Shown here: positions 60,353 to 64,000 of the stretch, piece after piece
How the letters are laid out: each line of letters starts with the position of its first letter
How positions within the stretch are numbered: the stretch's first letter is position 1
Origin: Candidatus Moraniibacteriota bacterium
GTDB taxonomy: Bacteria > Patescibacteriota > Minisyncoccia > Moranbacterales > UBA1568
DNA: 64,000 bases
Reading direction: 5' to 3'
Assembly (NCBI GenBank): GCA_016699385.1
Contig: CP064974.1
Span: forward strand, 131,242-195,241
The notes under the pieces: model-generated
The model's input: the letters and a program-made list of their open reading frames with translations, nothing else
Databases searched by the model: none
What the model was told of the DNA's origin: nothing
Made by a program: the position numbers and the translations under genes

Positions 60353-60727
60353 TTATCTTTTATAAATTTCTTTCTTTTTGCTGAGCTCTTTACTCTCCTT
60401 ATTTACATCGCTTTCGGTCCAGACACGTACGGTGATTGGTTGTTTGTCGGGATTCTTGGCGAGTATGGTTTGTCCACTCGTGCCACTGAGAGTGAATGAC
60501 GCAGATTCAGTGACTGTGTCGCTCTCATGTATCTCGTAGAAGAAGACGCGTGTCGGACCGAAATTTGAAACAGTGAAACTTGCATCGGTTTCTTGCTGTG
60601 AAGCAAATGACAATGACCACCAGTCGGAATTCGTTGGGTCGGAGAGAAAGGCTTCACGAAAAGAAAGCATGATGAAAACGATTGAAAGAGCGAGTGCGGT
60701 AATGAGGAGTATATTTTTTTCTTTCAT
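60353..60727 (-). CDS. Hypothetical membrane-anchored protein
   Basis: Start chosen at MKEKNILLITALALSIVFIMLS, immediately after the stop of the upstream gene. One N-terminal TM followed by a Ser/Thr-rich ectodomain. Confidence 0.45.
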   Translation of the reverse strand: MKEKNILLITALALSIVFIMLSFREAFLSDPTNSDWWSLSFASQQETDASFTVSNFGPTRVFFYEIHESDTVTESASFTLSGTSGQTILAKNPDKQPITVRVWTESDVNKESKELSKKKEIYKR

Positions 60728-60728
60728 A

Positions 60729-62738
60729 TTATTTTTCTGCTCGCTTATACACCGCAATATCGTCCGACAGATAGAGAAGGGACATGTCTTTGGCTTTGGT
60801 GAACTGGAGGCTGTCGACGTGGGGATTGACGACAACCGTGTCGACGCCGGTTCCCTTGAAACAATCTTGTCCTTTGGGTGTATTGGGGGCAGAGATCATG
60901 AGGAGGGTACATTGTTCACGCGTTTTGGTCTCGTCAGTGTAGCGTTGGAAGAGTCCGCGAGAGAGGGGGTAGGAGTAGTCTCTCATGAAGAAGAGTTTCA
61001 TCCACGAGTCGGCGATGATGTAATTGTGATCCTTGAGTACCCATTCGTCCGAGCGGGTATTTTTTGCAAGCCATGAGGAGACGGTATAGGTTTGCACGGC
61101 TTCACGCACAGTGCTTTTTGTCGAGATTGTCCCGGCATTGTCAAAGAACCCGCCAACAATAACAGCGACGAGGAAGAGCCCAAATGCATAGCGGAGGAAG
61201 CGATGTTCGTCGGGAGATTTTTCTTTGAGTGTTTTCTTGCTGCTTTGCCCTTGCATGAAGAGTGAGACGAAAGCGAATCCAGTAAGGAGTGCAGCCGGGA
61301 AGGTATTGTAGGTGCCAATGCGATTGGAGGGGATGTCGATGAAGAGGAGATTTGGGAAAAGAGTCATGACGATGAGACCGGCGCTCCAGGCAATCATCAC
61401 GATGCTTCCGAGCTGCTTGCGCCTGGGAGAGAGGAGAAGAATCGTGATGCCGATAATCTCGAGTCCAAATCGGGATCCGCCGACACTTTGGGCGAGTTGG
61501 TCAAAAGAAAGTCCTTCGCGCGTTGCTTTTGAGGGCGTGCCGACAGCGGTGTCGATGGCACTCGCGTGGAGATAGGTCGGCGTGTAGACAAATGCCGTAA
61601 ATGCAAGAAGAGACAAAGCAATGAGTATCGGGAAGGGCGAGCGGAAAAGAGCGAGCCACTCTCGGAGTTCGGAGAATCGTGTTGTATCGGAATTTTTCGA
61701 GAAGAAAGTTGAGAGGAAGAATATTGCGAGGATGAAAAGTGCAATAAAGAGAAAGACGAATGTCGAGAGGTGATGAGTGAAGGCAAGTGTGCCCATGAAG
61801 AGTATGGCGAGTCCGAGGAATATGGAGTTCTTCTCTCGGAGCGCGCGGAAGAAGCAAAGTATGATAATCGGAATGAGGAGATTTCCAAAGAGATTGCCGA
61901 CGACGCCACCGCTCACATATTTTGCTTCAGGAGAAGAGAGTGCCCAGAGTGGTCCCACGGAGAGGAGGACGGCGATCATGCCACGTCGGGCGAGGAGTTT
62001 TGATGGGAGTGTATCCTCGAAGAGGCGGTAGCTAAGAAGGGAAAGTGCGAGGATGGTGAGAATGTTGACGAGGAGAAGTATGAGTGACGGGAAAGCCGAA
62101 ACAAAGTCGATGTGAGCGACGAGCGCGGTTGCTGCAAAGGGGAGATGTTCGCCTACAATAAAGTCATCAATCGGTTGTGGATCGGTGAGGGTGTCTCCGG
62201 CACTTTCGGTTCCCTCGAAGTCGATGTTAACTTTTTCATAGGAAGGAACAGCGCCAGTAAGGGCTATTTTCTTTGCCCAAAACATATGATGTCCGAGGTC
62301 GGTCGACGTAGGGAGAATCGTATCCCAGAGATAGAGAGATTTGATGAAAATTGTAAGCACAATAAGTCCAATGAAGAGCCAGCCTTCTTTGTGTGAGAAT
62401 GCTATTCCTGAAGTTGATTGATTTTTTGTTGGGGAATTTTTTTCTTTCGCTTTGCCTTTTCGGAATCTTGGAATGAGGAATGCAAGTGGAAGAAGTATGA
62501 AGATACTTTCGAGTCCGATAATTGAAAGTGCGGTTATCGGGATGTGTATGCGCGAGAGAAGGAGCAAGCCAAAGTCGAGCAAAGAAAGACTCATCGCGAA
62601 TGAAAGAAGTGTGTATTCAAACAGGGAAAGTGTGGGGAGTCGCTTTCGGAGAAATGCGGATATGATGAGTGTTCCGGGAACGAAAAAGAGTCCGGTGATT
62701 GTGAGGAGGAAGGCGAATTGACTGGAGAATGTGCTCAT
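60729..62738 (-). CDS. Large polytopic membrane protein (at least 14 TM) with a C-terminal soluble domain; possible GT-C-type glycosyltransferase/polymerase
   Basis: Start chosen at MSTFSSQFAFLL, where ATG overlaps the TGA of the upstream GT4 gene (ATGA). Hydrophobicity pattern only; no diagnostic motif identified. Confidence 0.5.
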   Translation of the reverse strand: MSTFSSQFAFLLTITGLFFVPGTLIISAFLRKRLPTLSLFEYTLLSFAMSLSLLDFGLLLLSRIHIPITALSIIGLESIFILLPLAFLIPRFRKGKAKEKNSPTKNQSTSGIAFSHKEGWLFIGLIVLTIFIKSLYLWDTILPTSTDLGHHMFWAKKIALTGAVPSYEKVNIDFEGTESAGDTLTDPQPIDDFIVGEHLPFAATALVAHIDFVSAFPSLILLLVNILTILALSLLSYRLFEDTLPSKLLARRGMIAVLLSVGPLWALSSPEAKYVSGGVVGNLFGNLLIPIIILCFFRALREKNSIFLGLAILFMGTLAFTHHLSTFVFLFIALFILAIFFLSTFFSKNSDTTRFSELREWLALFRSPFPILIALSLLAFTAFVYTPTYLHASAIDTAVGTPSKATREGLSFDQLAQSVGGSRFGLEIIGITILLLSPRRKQLGSIVMIAWSAGLIVMTLFPNLLFIDIPSNRIGTYNTFPAALLTGFAFVSLFMQGQSSKKTLKEKSPDEHRFLRYAFGLFLVAVIVGGFFDNAGTISTKSTVREAVQTYTVSSWLAKNTRSDEWVLKDHNYIIADSWMKLFFMRDYSYPLSRGLFQRYTDETKTREQCTLLMISAPNTPKGQDCFKGTGVDTVVVNPHVDSLQFTKAKDMSLLYLSDDIAVYKRAEK

Positions 62739-63844
62739 AGGTGGAGTTCGCGTTCGCCGGTTATTTGCACAATCGTGTCTTTGATAATGCCGGCATAGCA
62801 TGTGGCAATCGTTTTCCAATTGAAGTGCTTGACAGTGTAGTGTCTGGCTCGTTCACCAAAGATCTCTCGTTCTTCTTTGTTGACGATGAAGTGCTCGATT
62901 TTTTCCTTCCAATCTGTGGCGTCTTCCGGTTCGGCGAGGATACCGTTTTGATGATCCGTGAAGGCATCCTTGAGTCCTTCGAGACGCGAGACAATGACGG
63001 GAATGCCGCAGGATGCTGCTTCTATCGGGGTGATGCCAAAGCCTTCGACATCGCCTGGTATGTGGATATTCGGTTGGACGAATATATCACAGGTATTCAT
63101 GAGGATGTCTCGTGCGCGGTCGCTCACATACCCGAGGAGTTTCACGCGCTCGAATGTTTTGGTTTCTTCGATGGCATTTCGGATATTGTCGCGGTCGGCA
63201 CCGTCTCCGGCGACGATATAGACGGTTTCTCTTGGGAGTGTTGGGAAGACATTTCGGATAAACCAGGCGACACCTTTGCGACGAGCGAGTCTCCCTGATG
63301 TAAGGATGACCGTTGCATCTTTGCGCACATCACCGATGATGCCTTCAAGGTCCTTGCGGGTGAAGTTTGGGTTGTAGTGTTTTTGCGGGTCGATACCGTT
63401 GGGGACGAATTCGAATTTTTCCTTGGCTATTCCATGATGGACGCCGAGCATGATGGTTTCATTGCCGACAGCGATGAGTCGGTCGAGCTTCGGGATGAAG
63501 ATGCGAACCCAGAGTGCCTGATAGATAAAGAGTGGATAGGTGATGTCGAGTCCGTGAATAACGGAGAGTACGGCTTTTTTTGGAAAGCAAATCTTTACCG
63601 CCCAGCCAACTACGGAGAGAACGCCGTCGCCAAGGAGCACGGCGTCATATTTTCGCGACAGAAAAAGCGCTCGGCAGAGGGCATAGGGCAAGAAAATCGG
63701 CAGGAATTTCTTGCCGAATCGATTGGCTATCGTGGTAATCTCAGCGTGTTCTTTGAGCCAGAGAGAGAGCGCGGCATTTTGATTTTCGATGCCACCAACA
63801 ATCGGTGGATACGCACGAGAAATAAAGAGAATACGAAGAGGCAT
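62735..63844 (-). CDS. Glycosyltransferase family 4 (GT-B)
   Basis: ...IFVQPNIHIPGDVEGFGITPIEAASCGIPVIVSRLEGLKDAF... EX7E-type motif. Start chosen at MPLRILFISRAYPPIVGG; the ORF-track start is 63871. Confidence 0.75.
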   Translation of the reverse strand: MPLRILFISRAYPPIVGGIENQNAALSLWLKEHAEITTIANRFGKKFLPIFLPYALCRALFLSRKYDAVLLGDGVLSVVGWAVKICFPKKAVLSVIHGLDITYPLFIYQALWVRIFIPKLDRLIAVGNETIMLGVHHGIAKEKFEFVPNGIDPQKHYNPNFTRKDLEGIIGDVRKDATVILTSGRLARRKGVAWFIRNVFPTLPRETVYIVAGDGADRDNIRNAIEETKTFERVKLLGYVSDRARDILMNTCDIFVQPNIHIPGDVEGFGITPIEAASCGIPVIVSRLEGLKDAFTDHQNGILAEPEDATDWKEKIEHFIVNKEEREIFGERARHYTVKHFNWKTIATCYAGIIKDTIVQITGERELHL

Positions 63845-64000
63845 AGCGGGACGGAATTTCAAATGATACATTATTTCAAAGAGAAACTCATGACAGAGAA
63901 TGCTCTCGGTGAAGAGTGGGATCCACTCATTTTTTGTATGTTTTTTTCTTTGTGAGATAGAGCTGTTCTTCGATGAGGCGACGGTTGGATTTGACCATAT

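Noticed and set aside
63377-63955. 192-aa ORF on the plus strand at the window end
   Set aside because: Antisense to the last GT4 glycosyltransferase gene (62735-63844) and the following intergenic region; no motifs.

Overview
This 64-kb window has about 50% GC and is densely coding with mostly short intergenic regions. Its features suggest a small-genome, uncultivated-type bacterium (possibly CPR/Patescibacteria-like); that attribution is inference only.

The main contents are:
- A TPR protein with a Pro/Thr-rich tail at the 5' edge, probably 5'-truncated.
- A self-contained 23S-5S rRNA operon with a near-consensus sigma70 promoter and a flanking terminator. No 16S gene lies upstream; the 23S is expanded to about 3.2 kb and the 5S carries an insertion.
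- Housekeeping genes: SEDS RodA/FtsW, SecG, an OppA-family binding protein, a SIS-domain sugar isomerase, tRNA-Leu(CAG), RNase J with a long Ser/Arg-rich N-terminal extension, MgtA-type P-type ATPase, Dus, MurA, MreB, HolB, an FtsQ-like protein, Tmk and RtcB.
- A DNA-repair neighbourhood of MGMT domain, UvrA, YvcK/CofD-like and a short UvrC. Here a segmental duplication has created a chimeric uvrA-5'::MGMT gene.
- A complete type IV pilus locus: PilB, PilC with a C-terminal SH3b domain, several pseudopilins including one with LVIVD beta-propeller repeats, and two tandem major pilin paralogues.
- A tightly overlapping signalling operon: HAMP/coiled-coil protein, FNR-like flavoprotein, PAS histidine kinase and a CheY-like receiver.
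- A surface-glycosylation island with four GT4 enzymes, two GT-C PMT/ArnT-like enzymes, a flippase and a large polytopic membrane protein.
- An AT-rich type II restriction-modification pair.

The most striking uncharacterised block is 45.7-53.0 kb. It encodes a 1068-aa acidic coiled-coil membrane protein, three small acidic proteins and an 838-aa membrane-anchored FtsK/HerA/VirD4-type ATPase, with no other recognisable secretion components.
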